From assembly GCA_963745235.1 (NCBI GenBank), contig CAVUXE010000035.1, positions 64,001-128,000 of the forward strand: a stretch of DNA of 64,000 nucleotides, in the 5' to 3' direction. Positions 21,412-30,701 of this stretch are shown here, piece after piece. Both the position numbers and the translations under genes were made by a program. Every line of letters starts with the position of its first letter. Position 1 is the first letter of the stretch. The stretch is from an uncultured Spirochaetota bacterium. GTDB taxonomy: Bacteria > Spirochaetota > Spirochaetia > SZUA-6 > Fen-1364. Below the pieces are notes generated by a model that ran no database searches, had not been told where the DNA came from, and saw nothing but the letters and a program-made list of their open reading frames with translations.

Positions 21412-22656
21412 GGGTAAGGCCGCAATCATCCTTTCTGTCGGCACGGAGCTGACGGAAGGAATCATCCAGGACAGCCATATCCGCTACCTGTCCAGCGAGC
21501 TGACATCGCTTGGCTTCTCGGTGTGCCGGGGAATCCAGATCCCGGACAATGCGCCGCAGTTCCACGATGAGCTTGGCAGGGCAACGGGAGAGGCCTCCCT
21601 TGTCATCATAACGGGCGGCCTTGGCCCCACCTCGGATGACCTGACGCGGGAAACCGTCGCGGAAGCCGCGGGCGTCCCCCTGGAGTTTCACCAGGAGGTC
21701 TGGGACGACCTGGTGGAAAGGTTCAAGGGCCGCAGGATCTCCGACAGCAACCGGAAGCAGGCAACGGCCCCGCGGGGTTTCGCGCTTGTGCCCAACCAGA
21801 ACGGGACAGCGCCGGGGTTCCATGGCGAGGTTGGCGGAGCGCTCGTGATAGCCCTTCCCGGCCCCCCTCCGAGCTTCGGCCCATGTTCTCCCAGACCGTC
21901 GCGCCTTTGCTCAGCAGGCGCTTCGGAAGCGCTTCAGCCAGGGACATACTCTGGGGCACGGCGCTGATGGTGCCGGAGTCCAACCTGGAAGAGGCCCTGA
22001 AGGCCGCGCGGCACGGGGACCTGCGATGGGGGACGCGGGTAGACGAGGACCGCATCGTCTTCAGCCTTCGCGGAGGGAACGCGGAAGATCGGGAGGCATG
22101 CCTGGCGTCTCTTGCTTCGTCCCTCGGTCCTGCCAGGATTCGCGCGGGGGAGACCAGACCGGCGCAGCTCCTGAGTGACGCGCTCCTGAGCCGCGGCGTG
22201 ACCCTCGTGACGGCTGAGTCCTGCACGGGCGGCCTGATCAGCAAGTACATGACGGATCTGCCGGGGAGCTCCCGGGTCTACTGGGGCGGCTACGTGAGCT
22301 ACTCGAATGAGGCAAAGACCGGCATGCTTGCGGTGAGCGGTCAGCTCCTTTCGACGGCGGGGGCCGTGTCGGAGGACGCCGTGAAGGGCATGGCGCTTGG
22401 CGCCCTGTCACGGTCCACGGCCGGGATCAGCGTTGCCGTCTCGGGAATTGCGGGTCCGGATGGCGGGTCGGCGGACAAGCCCGTGGGGACAGTGTGGATC
22501 GCTGCCGCGCTGCGCGGCGGGACTCCCGCTGCCCGGCTGTTCACCTTTTCCGGCTCGCGTGACATGATTCGACGCAGAAGCGCGGTGGCTGCAATGCTTT
22601 TTGCGGAGTCGCACCTGCTTGGCCGTGACTTCCTTGACAGTCGGACCAAGTGGTAA
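21404..22656 (+). CDS. cinA: CinA / NMN deamidase (frameshift in C run near 21862)
   Basis: SVGTEL, TGGLGPTSDDLT, GTAPG, LPGPP; then TAESCTGG, SGIAGPDGG, KPVGTV. Confidence 0.9.
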
Positions 22657-22662
22657 TATATT
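22634..22662 (+). promoter_or_regulatory. sigma70 promoter of rho
   Basis: TTGACA-17nt-TATATT. Confidence 0.7.
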
Positions 22663-22766
22663 AAGCGGTAAAGAGTCTTCGGTAGCCAGCCAAGGCCTGC
22701 ATGCAACCTAATCTGTAAATCGCGTTTACATTTGACACGACGGGCCAGGAATTAACGGAGCACCAC

Positions 22767-24473
22767 ATGGGAACGAACGACCACGACAATGAGACGCAAC
22801 CGCAGCCGGTGGACCCATCTCGCGAGGTGTCGCTGACAAACGACTCCCTCATGAACGGGGAGGCGGATGACCAGGGGCAGAACCGGCCCGGCCAGAATCG
22901 CGTCGACCAGCCCTCGGGAGGACACAGGCCCAAGCGGCGCGTGGCTCGAAGGAAGATCCGGGTGGAGCTCATCAAGGAACCGGACCACGGGGAAGAGGTG
23001 ACGATGGGGGATGAGGCGGGCATGGATGGGGGACAGGGCACCCCAGCGCTCCCCAGTGAGGCCCTGCCGTCCCAGACCGTCGGCCTTCCGGCAACCGGAA
23101 GCGCGTACGCAGCCGCCTCGGCACCGGCCACGGCCGGCGGCACTCCCGGAGGGGCGGGTCCTGACACGGCCTCCAAGGCTCTCACGCAGAGCGACAACAG
23201 GCTCCACATCAACGACCTGAGCCAGATGAGCATGCCGGACCTGCGCGGGCTGGCGTCCAGGATGGGCGTCAATCACGAGGCGCTCATTTCCATGAAGAAG
23301 CAGGAGATCATCTTCCAGATCCTGAAGGCGCACACGGAGAAAGGCGGCGCCATCTACGCGTTCGGCGCGCTGGAAATCCTGCCGGACGGCTACGGCTTTC
23401 TGCGGTCTCCGAATTACAGCTACCTTCCCGGCCCCGACGACATCTACATCTCCCCGTCTCAGATCCGCCTCTTCAACCTGAAGACGGGTGACACCGTTGC
23501 CGGACAGATCCGGTCCCCCAAGGAAGGGGAGCGGTTCTTCGCCATGCTGCGGGTCGAGACGGTCAACTTCGACCCGCCGCTGGTGGCGCAGACGAGGATC
23601 CCGTTCGACAACCTGACGCCGCTGTATCCGGATGAGAAGCTCAACCTGGAGACCGTCACGGAAGAGATCTCCACAAGGATCATCAACCTGTTCTGCCCCA
23701 TCGGAAAGGGGCAGCGCGGCCTCATCGTCTCCCCGCCGAGGACGGGAAAGACCATCCTGATGCAGAAGATCGCAAACGCCATCACGGCCAACCACCCCGA
23801 GGCCTTCGTGATCGTGCTGCTGATCGACGAGCGGCCAGAAGAGGTCACCGACATGCAGAGGAGCGTCAAGGGAGAGGTTGTCTCCTCCACCTTCGACGAG
23901 CAGTCCACGCGGCATGTCCAGGTGGCGGAGATGGTCATCGAGAAGGCCAAGAGGCTCGTCGAGCACAAGCGCGACGTGGTGATCCTCCTGGACTCCATCA
24001 CGCGCCTTGCTCGCGCGTACAACCAGACCGTTCCCACCTCGGGGAAGATCCTTTCCGGCGGTGTGGACTCCAACGCGCTGCACAAGCCCAAGAGGTTTTT
24101 CGGCGCGGCGCGCAACATCGAGGAAGGGGGGAGCCTTACGATTGTTGCCACGGCCCTGGTGGAAACGGGAAGCCGCATGGACGAGGTCATCTTCGAGGAG
24201 TTCAAGGGCACGGGCAACATGGAAGTCATCCTGGACCGCAAGCTCTCGGACCGCAGGCTCTTCCCGGCCATCAACATCAAGAAGTCCGGCACCCGAAAGG
24301 AAGAGCTGCTGCTGACAGAGGAGCAACTGCAGAAGATGTGGGTGCTCCGCCGCGTCATCAACCCGATGGAAGACGCTGAGATAATAGAGCTGCTGATTGA
24401 CAGGATGAAGAAAAGCAAGAATAATGAGGCTTTCCTGAAGTCGATGAATACGTCATCGGTAACGGACGCGTAG
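22767..24473 (+). CDS. rho: transcription termination factor Rho with low-complexity N-terminal extension
   Basis: [39 protein letters not shown]. Confidence 0.97.
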   Translation: MGTNDHDNETQPQPVDPSREVSLTNDSLMNGEADDQGQNRPGQNRVDQPSGGHRPKRRVARRKIRVELIKEPDHGEEVTMGDEAGMDGGQGTPALPSEALPSQTVGLPATGSAYAAASAPATAGGTPGGAGPDTASKALTQSDNRLHINDLSQMSMPDLRGLASRMGVNHEALISMKKQEIIFQILKAHTEKGGAIYAFGALEILPDGYGFLRSPNYSYLPGPDDIYISPSQIRLFNLKTGDTVAGQIRSPKEGERFFAMLRVETVNFDPPLVAQTRIPFDNLTPLYPDEKLNLETVTEEISTRIINLFCPIGKGQRGLIVSPPRTGKTILMQKIANAITANHPEAFVIVLLIDERPEEVTDMQRSVKGEVVSSTFDEQSTRHVQVAEMVIEKAKRLVEHKRDVVILLDSITRLARAYNQTVPTSGKILSGGVDSNALHKPKRFFGAARNIEEGGSLTIVATALVETGSRMDEVIFEEFKGTGNMEVILDRKLSDRRLFPAINIKKSGTRKEELLLTEEQLQKMWVLRRVINPMEDAEIIELLIDRMKKSKNNEAFLKSMNTSSVTDA

Positions 24474-24589
24474 GACGTGCGCCGAGCCTCCCACGGCATA
24501 CCGTGGGACGGACCGGCGGAGGGTCTCGTGGACAAAGAACGGCCGCTCTGCAATCCGGTGTGCGTATGGTTTACACGGAGGACAAGACA

Positions 24590-24793
24590 ATGAAGACTGA
24601 CATACATCCCCGGTATGAAGTGACCACCATAACCTGTGCGTGCGGAAACGTCATCCAGACCAAGTCCACCGCCAAGGATATCAAGGTGGAAATCTGCTCG
24701 AAGTGCCATCCCTTCTACACGGGCAAGCAGCACCTCGTGGACACCGCTGGACGCGTGGAGCGCTTCAAGAAGCGCTACAACATCAAGGACTAG
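24590..24793 (+). CDS. rpmE: 50S ribosomal protein L31 (Zn-binding type)
   Basis: [29 protein letters not shown]. Confidence 0.97.
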   Translation: MKTDIHPRYEVTTITCACGNVIQTKSTAKDIKVEICSKCHPFYTGKQHLVDTAGRVERFKKRYNIKD

Positions 24794-25536
24794 CAGTCCT
24801 GAAGGCCGCAGGACGCGGCAAGCTCAACAATCTTCTGCCAGTGCGACCCGCGCCAGAAAACCCGCCCGCAGACCGGGCACGTGGAAAACTCCGCGTAGTC
24901 CCGGCCAACCGCGGGTGGGACGCGGGCAAGCACGTCCTCTCGGGGCACGCGCTGGAGGCTCACGTTGCACTCGACGCATCTGCTTCCCAGCCGCACCTGC
25001 GCCGTCAGGTCGAACCTCCGCACCACCTCGCCCAGTTGATCGTGCGGGACGAGAGACCGGACCAGGTAGCCGTGCGTCACGCTTCGCCGCTTCAAGAGCC
25101 CCCTGTCCCGGGTCAAGACGATCCGCTTTTCAAGCCGGGCCAGCCGGACCAGCTCCTGATCTTGAAGAAAGTTACGGTACAGTGAATCGAAACCGAACAT
25201 CCTGAGGAGTCGGGCAAGCCGCCCCAGATGGACGTCCAGGGCGAACCGGACTTCTCTCAGCGGCACCGGTCTGACCCGGCTGATCGAGCTGATGTCCCAG
25301 GACTCGAACCTGGGATAAACGCTGATCCGGTCTCCTTCCGCCGGGCGATATGCGAAATCCACTGATTCCCCATTTGCCAGGACAAGGTCTACCTCCGTAT
25401 GCGGGATTCCCAGGTCTTCGATCAGGGCTTTGACGGTGCACCCCTCGGGTACGTGGACGGAAAACGCCAGTTTTCTTTTCTCAACCGGCAGGAAGGCGTT
25501 CAGCTCCTCGTAGAAGCGGATTGTCGCGGACGGCAT
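24790..25536 (-). CDS. Mut7-C RNase domain protein with ubiquitin-like N-terminus
   Basis: [58 protein letters not shown]. Confidence 0.9.
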   Translation of the reverse strand: MPSATIRFYEELNAFLPVEKRKLAFSVHVPEGCTVKALIEDLGIPHTEVDLVLANGESVDFAYRPAEGDRISVYPRFESWDISSISRVRPVPLREVRFALDVHLGRLARLLRMFGFDSLYRNFLQDQELVRLARLEKRIVLTRDRGLLKRRSVTHGYLVRSLVPHDQLGEVVRRFDLTAQVRLGSRCVECNVSLQRVPREDVLARVPPAVGRDYAEFSTCPVCGRVFWRGSHWQKIVELAASCGLQDC

Positions 25537-25670
25537 ACGCTGTCTTTTCGGTATTGACCCTGCGTGAAAATTTACTGCGCCGGGAGCCACCGTCAAGGGA
25601 ATCACCGGCTCGCCATTGGCGACACGGCCGTGCTTCGATAGTATGGGGGCAGGGACCAGCAGAAGAACAA

Positions 25671-26471
25671 ATGGAGCAGCGGAACGGAACGGGAGCCCTC
25701 GAGCTGGAGGGAGTGTCACTGGAAATTGACGGCAGGTCCATCCTGAATGACGTGTCGTGGAACGCCCAGCGCGGAGAGAAGTGGATCATCCTGGGGCGAA
25801 ACGGAAGCGGCAAGACGTCTCTCATGAGGCTGCTCTCCGGATTCGGTTTTCCGTCTCGAGGACGCATGCTCGTTCTCGGGGAGCTCCTGGGCCGGACGGA
25901 TCTCCATCTCCTGAGAAGGCGGGTCGGCTGGATCCATGGAGATCTTGCCGCTGACATCCCGTCCTTCATGACGGCCCTGGAGGTCGTCCTGTCGGGCGTG
26001 GAGGGCAGCCTCGTTGTCTATGAGAAGCTTCCGGGAAGCGAGGAGGCGCTGGCCCGGGAGATGCTGGAGACGCTGGGCATGACGGACTTCGCGGATCGCG
26101 GCTTTTCCCACCTCTCCACGGGGGAAAGGCAGCGGGTCCTGATTGCCCGGGCGCTCGCCGCGGGGCCGGAGCTTCTCCTGCTCGATGAACCGTGCCAGGG
26201 ACTTGATCCGCGCGCGCGGGAGGAGTTCCTGGAGTCTCTTTCCGCGCTGCTTGCCTCCCGTCCCGATCTCAGCGTCGTTTCCGTGACGCACCACGTCGAC
26301 GAGATCATCGAGGGGTTTACCAACGTGCTCGTCCTGGAGGAAGGACGCGTGCTGGCCCATGGCCCGCGGGATTCGGTGCTCACGCCGGTCATGGTCAGAC
26401 GCCTGTTCGGTGACAGGTGCCGGCTGCATTCACGCGGCGGCAGGTATTTTCTCAGCTTCGGCAAGGAGTAG
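25671..26471 (+). CDS. ABC transporter ATP-binding protein (YlmA/ModF-like)
   Basis: GRNGSGKT, LSTGERQR, LLLDEP, VTHH. Confidence 0.9.
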   Translation: MEQRNGTGALELEGVSLEIDGRSILNDVSWNAQRGEKWIILGRNGSGKTSLMRLLSGFGFPSRGRMLVLGELLGRTDLHLLRRRVGWIHGDLAADIPSFMTALEVVLSGVEGSLVVYEKLPGSEEALAREMLETLGMTDFADRGFSHLSTGERQRVLIARALAAGPELLLLDEPCQGLDPRAREEFLESLSALLASRPDLSVVSVTHHVDEIIEGFTNVLVLEEGRVLAHGPRDSVLTPVMVRRLFGDRCRLHSRGGRYFLSFGKE

Positions 26472-26475
26472 CCGC

Positions 26476-26919
26476 GTGGACAGGAAGCCGGTCGTTTCGA
26501 AGATCACCCGGGGGCAGGATGCCTATTACACCGTCAGCTGGTCCCGCCTGCGTAAGAGCGACAAGTACGAGATCGTGAAATCCGTCCCCTCCGAGGCCGG
26601 CATCTACGAGCTGTATTACATGGATGAGAAGGGCAAGCTCTGCCTCTTTCACGTCGGCAAATCGTGGTACGGGGGCCTGCGCAACGAGATCAGGCTTCGC
26701 ACGGATGCGGAGCTCGAAAAGGATCCCGCGCACCGCGTCATCCTGGAGGAGCACGACTGCTGGTATCGCTGGTCCTTGGTGAGCGCAAGCGACGACATGG
26801 CGGACATCATCTTCTTCTTCGCGGGCACCTACCGGCTCGACGCGAAGGTGCATCACTCGGGTCGGTACAGGAACATCTTCCTCAACGAGGTGAGCGCGGA
26901 CAAGATCGTGACGATTTGA
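26476..26919 (+). CDS. hypothetical protein, GIY-YIG-like N-terminal motif
   Basis: VPSEAGIYELY...FHVGKS...LRNEI; host-like codon use; AGGAG RBS. Confidence 0.65.
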   Translation: MDRKPVVSKITRGQDAYYTVSWSRLRKSDKYEIVKSVPSEAGIYELYYMDEKGKLCLFHVGKSWYGGLRNEIRLRTDAELEKDPAHRVILEEHDCWYRWSLVSASDDMADIIFFFAGTYRLDAKVHHSGRYRNIFLNEVSADKIVTI

Positions 26920-26942
26920 GGCCCCCGCTGAAGGGGCATCTC

Positions 26943-27362
26943 TCAGATGGTTGCCAGCTTCTCCACCATGAAGCGTATGCGCTTTGCCAGGGACACCATG
27001 AGGCGCCGCGACCACTGCGGGCTTGCCGCATAGATATCCGCGAAGTTCTCCTTGGAGAACTCCAGGGTCTGGACGTCCCCCTTGGCGATGACGGTCGCGG
27101 ACCGAACGGACTTGTCGAAGAAGCTCATCTCCCCGATCAGCTCTCCCTTGCCGAGTGTCGCCATCACGCGGTATTTCTCACCGACTTTCCGCGTCACATA
27201 GACTTCCCCCTCGGTGATCCAGTAGATCTTCTGCTGGATCTCCCCCTCTTTGATCAGGAGCTGCTTGTCGTGGAACTTCTTGCCGAACTTCTCGATCACC
27301 TTGGCGTCGAGGGCTTCCTCCGCCTGGAAGGCGATCTTCATGATCTCTTCGTAGGATTCCAT
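26943..27362 (-). CDS. stand-alone cyclic nucleotide-binding domain protein
   Basis: LLIKEGE, WITEGEV, GELIGEMSFF...RSATV; TGATG overlap with the upstream gene. Confidence 0.88.
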   Translation of the reverse strand: MESYEEIMKIAFQAEEALDAKVIEKFGKKFHDKQLLIKEGEIQQKIYWITEGEVYVTRKVGEKYRVMATLGKGELIGEMSFFDKSVRSATVIAKGDVQTLEFSKENFADIYAASPQWSRRLMVSLAKRIRFMVEKLATI

Positions 27363-27769
27363 CAGTGCCTGCCTTCCTCCCGTTTGCCCAGACGCTCGCC
27401 GAACTCCGCGTTCATGATCCGCAGCTCCCTCGTCAGGCCGGTGATGGCCGCCAGCCCGAGCTCCCAGGAAACCCCCGCGGCGGTGTAGAAGCCTTCGAGA
27501 TCCCACCTGTACAGGATGATTCTCTCGGCGGCCAGGACGGACCCGATCCGCTCGCATTCGGCCAGCGGCTCCACGAGTCCGAACAGATTGTCCGGCGTGA
27601 TCCACAGGGGAAACGAAGAGGCCGCAAGTCGGTACTCCAGCTTGGCGAGGCCGGCGATCACGTAATAGATCGGTTTGTCACCGACCGGATCACCGACGCT
27701 GAAGATCTGCTCACGCGCCGAAAAACTTACCTCTTCGCCGTACTGTAGAAAATGAGGATGATCTTCCAT
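27362..27769 (-). CDS. stand-alone cNMP-binding domain protein (divergent)
   Basis: IFSVGD, YYVIAG, LFGLVE...ERIGSV. Confidence 0.7.
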   Translation of the reverse strand: MEDHPHFLQYGEEVSFSAREQIFSVGDPVGDKPIYYVIAGLAKLEYRLAASSFPLWITPDNLFGLVEPLAECERIGSVLAAERIILYRWDLEGFYTAAGVSWELGLAAITGLTRELRIMNAEFGERLGKREEGRH

Positions 27770-27873
27770 TCTGTTAGAATTTTCGACATTTTCGAAGCTT
27801 TTTATTGAATTCTTTTATCTTTTTGTCTATACTCTCGCCATTCCGGAAACCCTTTCAACAGCGGGAGTTATGC

Positions 27874-29028
27874 ATGGATCAAGTGAAGCAAAGCCACGCC
27901 GAGGAGTACGGCAAGGCCCCCGAGATCATAGCCTGCGCTCCCGGCCGGGTGAACCTGATCGGTGAGCACACCGACTACAATGACGGCTTTGTTTTCCCCA
28001 TGGCAATAGATTTCGTCGTGCGTGTGGCAGTTACGCGCAGGAAAGACACCCACCTGCGGTTCTATTCCGTGGACTACAAGGACAGGAAACGGGCCACTCT
28101 CCCCACGCTCCGTTATCGAAAAGAAGACCGCTGGGCCAATTATCCCAAGGGAATCATAGCGGAGTTCCTCGCGCGGGGCCAGGAGCTTGGCGGCATGGAC
28201 ATAACGATCCAGGGAGACATTCCCCAAGGCGCCGGGTTGTCCTCTTCAGCCGCCCTGGAGGTCGCAACCGCGCTCGCCATCCAGGAGCTTTACGGTATAG
28301 AGATCGGCCGCGAAGACCTGGCAAAGCTCGCCCAGCACGCGGAGAACGAGTTTGTCGGCGTGAAATGCGGCATCATGGATCAATTCATTTCCCGGCTGGC
28401 GAAAGAGGGGCACGCGATGCTCCTGGACGCCCGTTTCCTCACGTATCACTTTGTGCCCCTCACCCTGAAGACCGTGAAGATACTCATCACCAACTCAAAA
28501 GTCCCGCACGGCCTTGTAGATTCGGAATACAACAAGCGGCGGGAAGAATGCAGGAAGTGCGTCGAGATCCTGTCAGTCAAGAAGCCCGGCACGGCGCTGC
28601 GGGACTACACCTCGAACGATGTCCGTGACAGCATGGGAATGATCCCGGAGGGCACGCGAAAGAAGTGCCTCCATGTCGTGGAGGAGAACCAGCGGGTGCT
28701 GGAAGCGGAAGAAGCGCTGAAGAAAAGAGACCTGGTGACCTTTGGCAAGCTGATGAACCGCTCCCACGAGAGCCTGCGGGACCTGTACGAGGTGTCCTGC
28801 CCGGAGCTCGACTGGCTGGTCAAGAGGGCGTGGGAGACCGAGGGAGTCTACGGCTCGCGTCTCACCGGCGCAGGCTTTGGAGGATGCACGGTGACGCTGA
28901 TCGAGGAGGAGGCCATCCCCCTGTATCGGGAGCATATCGTCCAGTACGAGCGCATATTCGGGTTTCGCCCGGAGATCTACATCTGCAAGCCGTCTCCTGG
29001 CGCGCATATCCTGGAAAACCATTCCTAG
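27874..29028 (+). CDS. galK: galactokinase
   Basis: APGRVNLIGEHTDYN, PQGAGLSSSAA, CGIMDQ, RLTGAGFGG. Confidence 0.95.
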   Translation: MDQVKQSHAEEYGKAPEIIACAPGRVNLIGEHTDYNDGFVFPMAIDFVVRVAVTRRKDTHLRFYSVDYKDRKRATLPTLRYRKEDRWANYPKGIIAEFLARGQELGGMDITIQGDIPQGAGLSSSAALEVATALAIQELYGIEIGREDLAKLAQHAENEFVGVKCGIMDQFISRLAKEGHAMLLDARFLTYHFVPLTLKTVKILITNSKVPHGLVDSEYNKRREECRKCVEILSVKKPGTALRDYTSNDVRDSMGMIPEGTRKKCLHVVEENQRVLEAEEALKKRDLVTFGKLMNRSHESLRDLYEVSCPELDWLVKRAWETEGVYGSRLTGAGFGGCTVTLIEEEAIPLYREHIVQYERIFGFRPEIYICKPSPGAHILENHS

Positions 29029-29029
29029 C

Positions 29030-29773
29030 ATGAGGATCCTCGTTACAAACGACGATGGGATACAGGCCGATGGGATCCGTCAGCTCGAGAAGACTCTTCG
29101 GGAGGACCACGAAGTGTGGCTGGTGGCCCCGGAGGGAGAAAAGAGCGGCGCATCCCACTCCATTACGTTGCGGGATTCAATCCGGGCGCGCTGCCTCGGG
29201 GAGCACAGATACGCCTGCCGAGGGACCACCGCGGATTGTGTGATCGTGTCGCTGCTCGGGCTCATCCCCCCGAAAGTGGACATGGTCATCTCGGGGATCA
29301 ATCACGGACCCAACCTCGGGACGGACATCCTTTTTTCCAGCACGGCGGCCGGTGCCCGCCAGGGGGCGCTCATGGGGGTGCCGTCCGTCGCGGTCTCCCT
29401 GGGCGCGTATGCGCCGCCTTTCGATTTTTCGAAGGCCGCTGATTTCGTCTCACGCAACCTGGAGATCTTTCGAGAGCTGTGGACGGATGACCATTTCCTC
29501 AACGTCAATTTTCCGCCCGCTGTCGCGGAACCCCCTGATTCCGTCATCACTTTCCCGTCGCGAAGAATCTACAAGGACCGCCTGAATACCTACCGCGCGC
29601 CGAACGGGGACACTTTCTGCTTTGTCCACGGGGCCGTGCCGGAGGCCCACTACGAGGCTGGATCTGACTGCCAGGTGCTGTCCGAAGGGAAGATATCAAT
29701 CTCTCCCATCCACGCGCACCCGCGCAACTGGGTTTCCATCGAGGAAAGGTACCGCAGGGTGAGGTTCAAATGA
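29030..29773 (+). CDS. surE: 5'/3'-nucleotidase SurE
   Basis: ILVTNDDG, SGASHS, GTTADC, SGINHGPNLG. Confidence 0.95.
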   Translation: MRILVTNDDGIQADGIRQLEKTLREDHEVWLVAPEGEKSGASHSITLRDSIRARCLGEHRYACRGTTADCVIVSLLGLIPPKVDMVISGINHGPNLGTDILFSSTAAGARQGALMGVPSVAVSLGAYAPPFDFSKAADFVSRNLEIFRELWTDDHFLNVNFPPAVAEPPDSVITFPSRRIYKDRLNTYRAPNGDTFCFVHGAVPEAHYEAGSDCQVLSEGKISISPIHAHPRNWVSIEERYRRVRFK

Positions 29774-30456
29774 ACGAGAAGTTCGAACGGGCGGTCAAGC
29801 TCTACCATGCCCACAGGTACGAGCAGGCCCTCGCCGCGCTGAAGGAAGTGGAGACCGAGACGGGGGAATCTCCGGAGCTGGATTACTACACGGGTCTGAC
29901 CCTCACGCAGCTGGGCAGGTACGAGGACGCGCTGCTTGCCCTGGAGAAGGTGGTGAGCTCGCACTTCAGCTTCCTGCACATCATGCAGGCGCGGATGGTG
30001 CTCGGGTACATCTACTCGGTGACGGGGCGCTACCGGCTGGCGGAGTTCGAGTTTACGAAGGTGAGCGAGCTGGGGCTGCAGTCCTCCCAGGCCCTGGCCG
30101 CCCTGGGCTTTGTGTACTACGCCCAGAAAAAAGTCAAAGAAAGCATTGAAGCCTTGAAAAAGGCCCTCGAGCTGGAGCCCCGGAATCCCAACGCGCTGAA
30201 CTCCCTGGGCTTCATCTACGCGGAAGAGAAGATCGACCCGCAGAAGGCGGTTGCCCTCTGCAGGCAGGCGGTGGAGGTTGCGCCGCGGAACGCCGCCTAT
30301 CTCGACTCCCTGGGCTGGGCTCTCTACCGCGTCGGAGGATACGACGAGGCACGCGTGCTCTTTCGCCGGGCCCTCGACCTGGCGCCGGGAAACCATGACA
30401 TCGCGGCGCACATGCGCGCCGTGATGGAGGCCCTCAAGGACGTGACAAAGCCCTAG
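29770..30456 (+). CDS. TPR protein
   Basis: Multiple TPRs, NALNSLGF, AYLDSLGW. Confidence 0.88.
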   Translation: MNEKFERAVKLYHAHRYEQALAALKEVETETGESPELDYYTGLTLTQLGRYEDALLALEKVVSSHFSFLHIMQARMVLGYIYSVTGRYRLAEFEFTKVSELGLQSSQALAALGFVYYAQKKVKESIEALKKALELEPRNPNALNSLGFIYAEEKIDPQKAVALCRQAVEVAPRNAAYLDSLGWALYRVGGYDEARVLFRRALDLAPGNHDIAAHMRAVMEALKDVTKP

Positions 30457-30521
30457 AGGGGTGAAATTCTTCATTCATTAAATTGGGAGAATCCGTCGAA
30501 ACTCAGAACAGGAGTGAGCCT

Positions 30522-30683
30522 ATGAAGGTTGATAGCGTAGCTCTTCCTGCAGTGTCGAACGCTCAGATGAACGATCTTCCGATCATGAACGCGGAGGAGA
30601 TCAAGAACATTCTGTATCTCGGCATCAAGGGAGAGATCAATGTCGAACCGGGCAACAAGCACGCCGTAGATACGTACGCCTGA
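30522..30683 (+). CDS. 53-aa conserved-looking small protein
   Basis: AGGAG RBS, good codon use, ends GNKHAVDTYA. Confidence 0.65.
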   Translation: MKVDSVALPAVSNAQMNDLPIMNAEEIKNILYLGIKGEINVEPGNKHAVDTYA

Positions 30684-30701
30684 TTCTTCTATACTGGGAT
30701 C

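Noticed and set aside
22752-24733. Long antisense ORFs over rho (also over gltX, lnt, hox)
   Set aside because: Shadow ORFs expected from high-GC codon bias; no motifs.
30475-30502. sigma28 promoter before the 53-aa gene
   Set aside because: TAAA to GTCGAAAC spacing is 12 nt, too short for the consensus.
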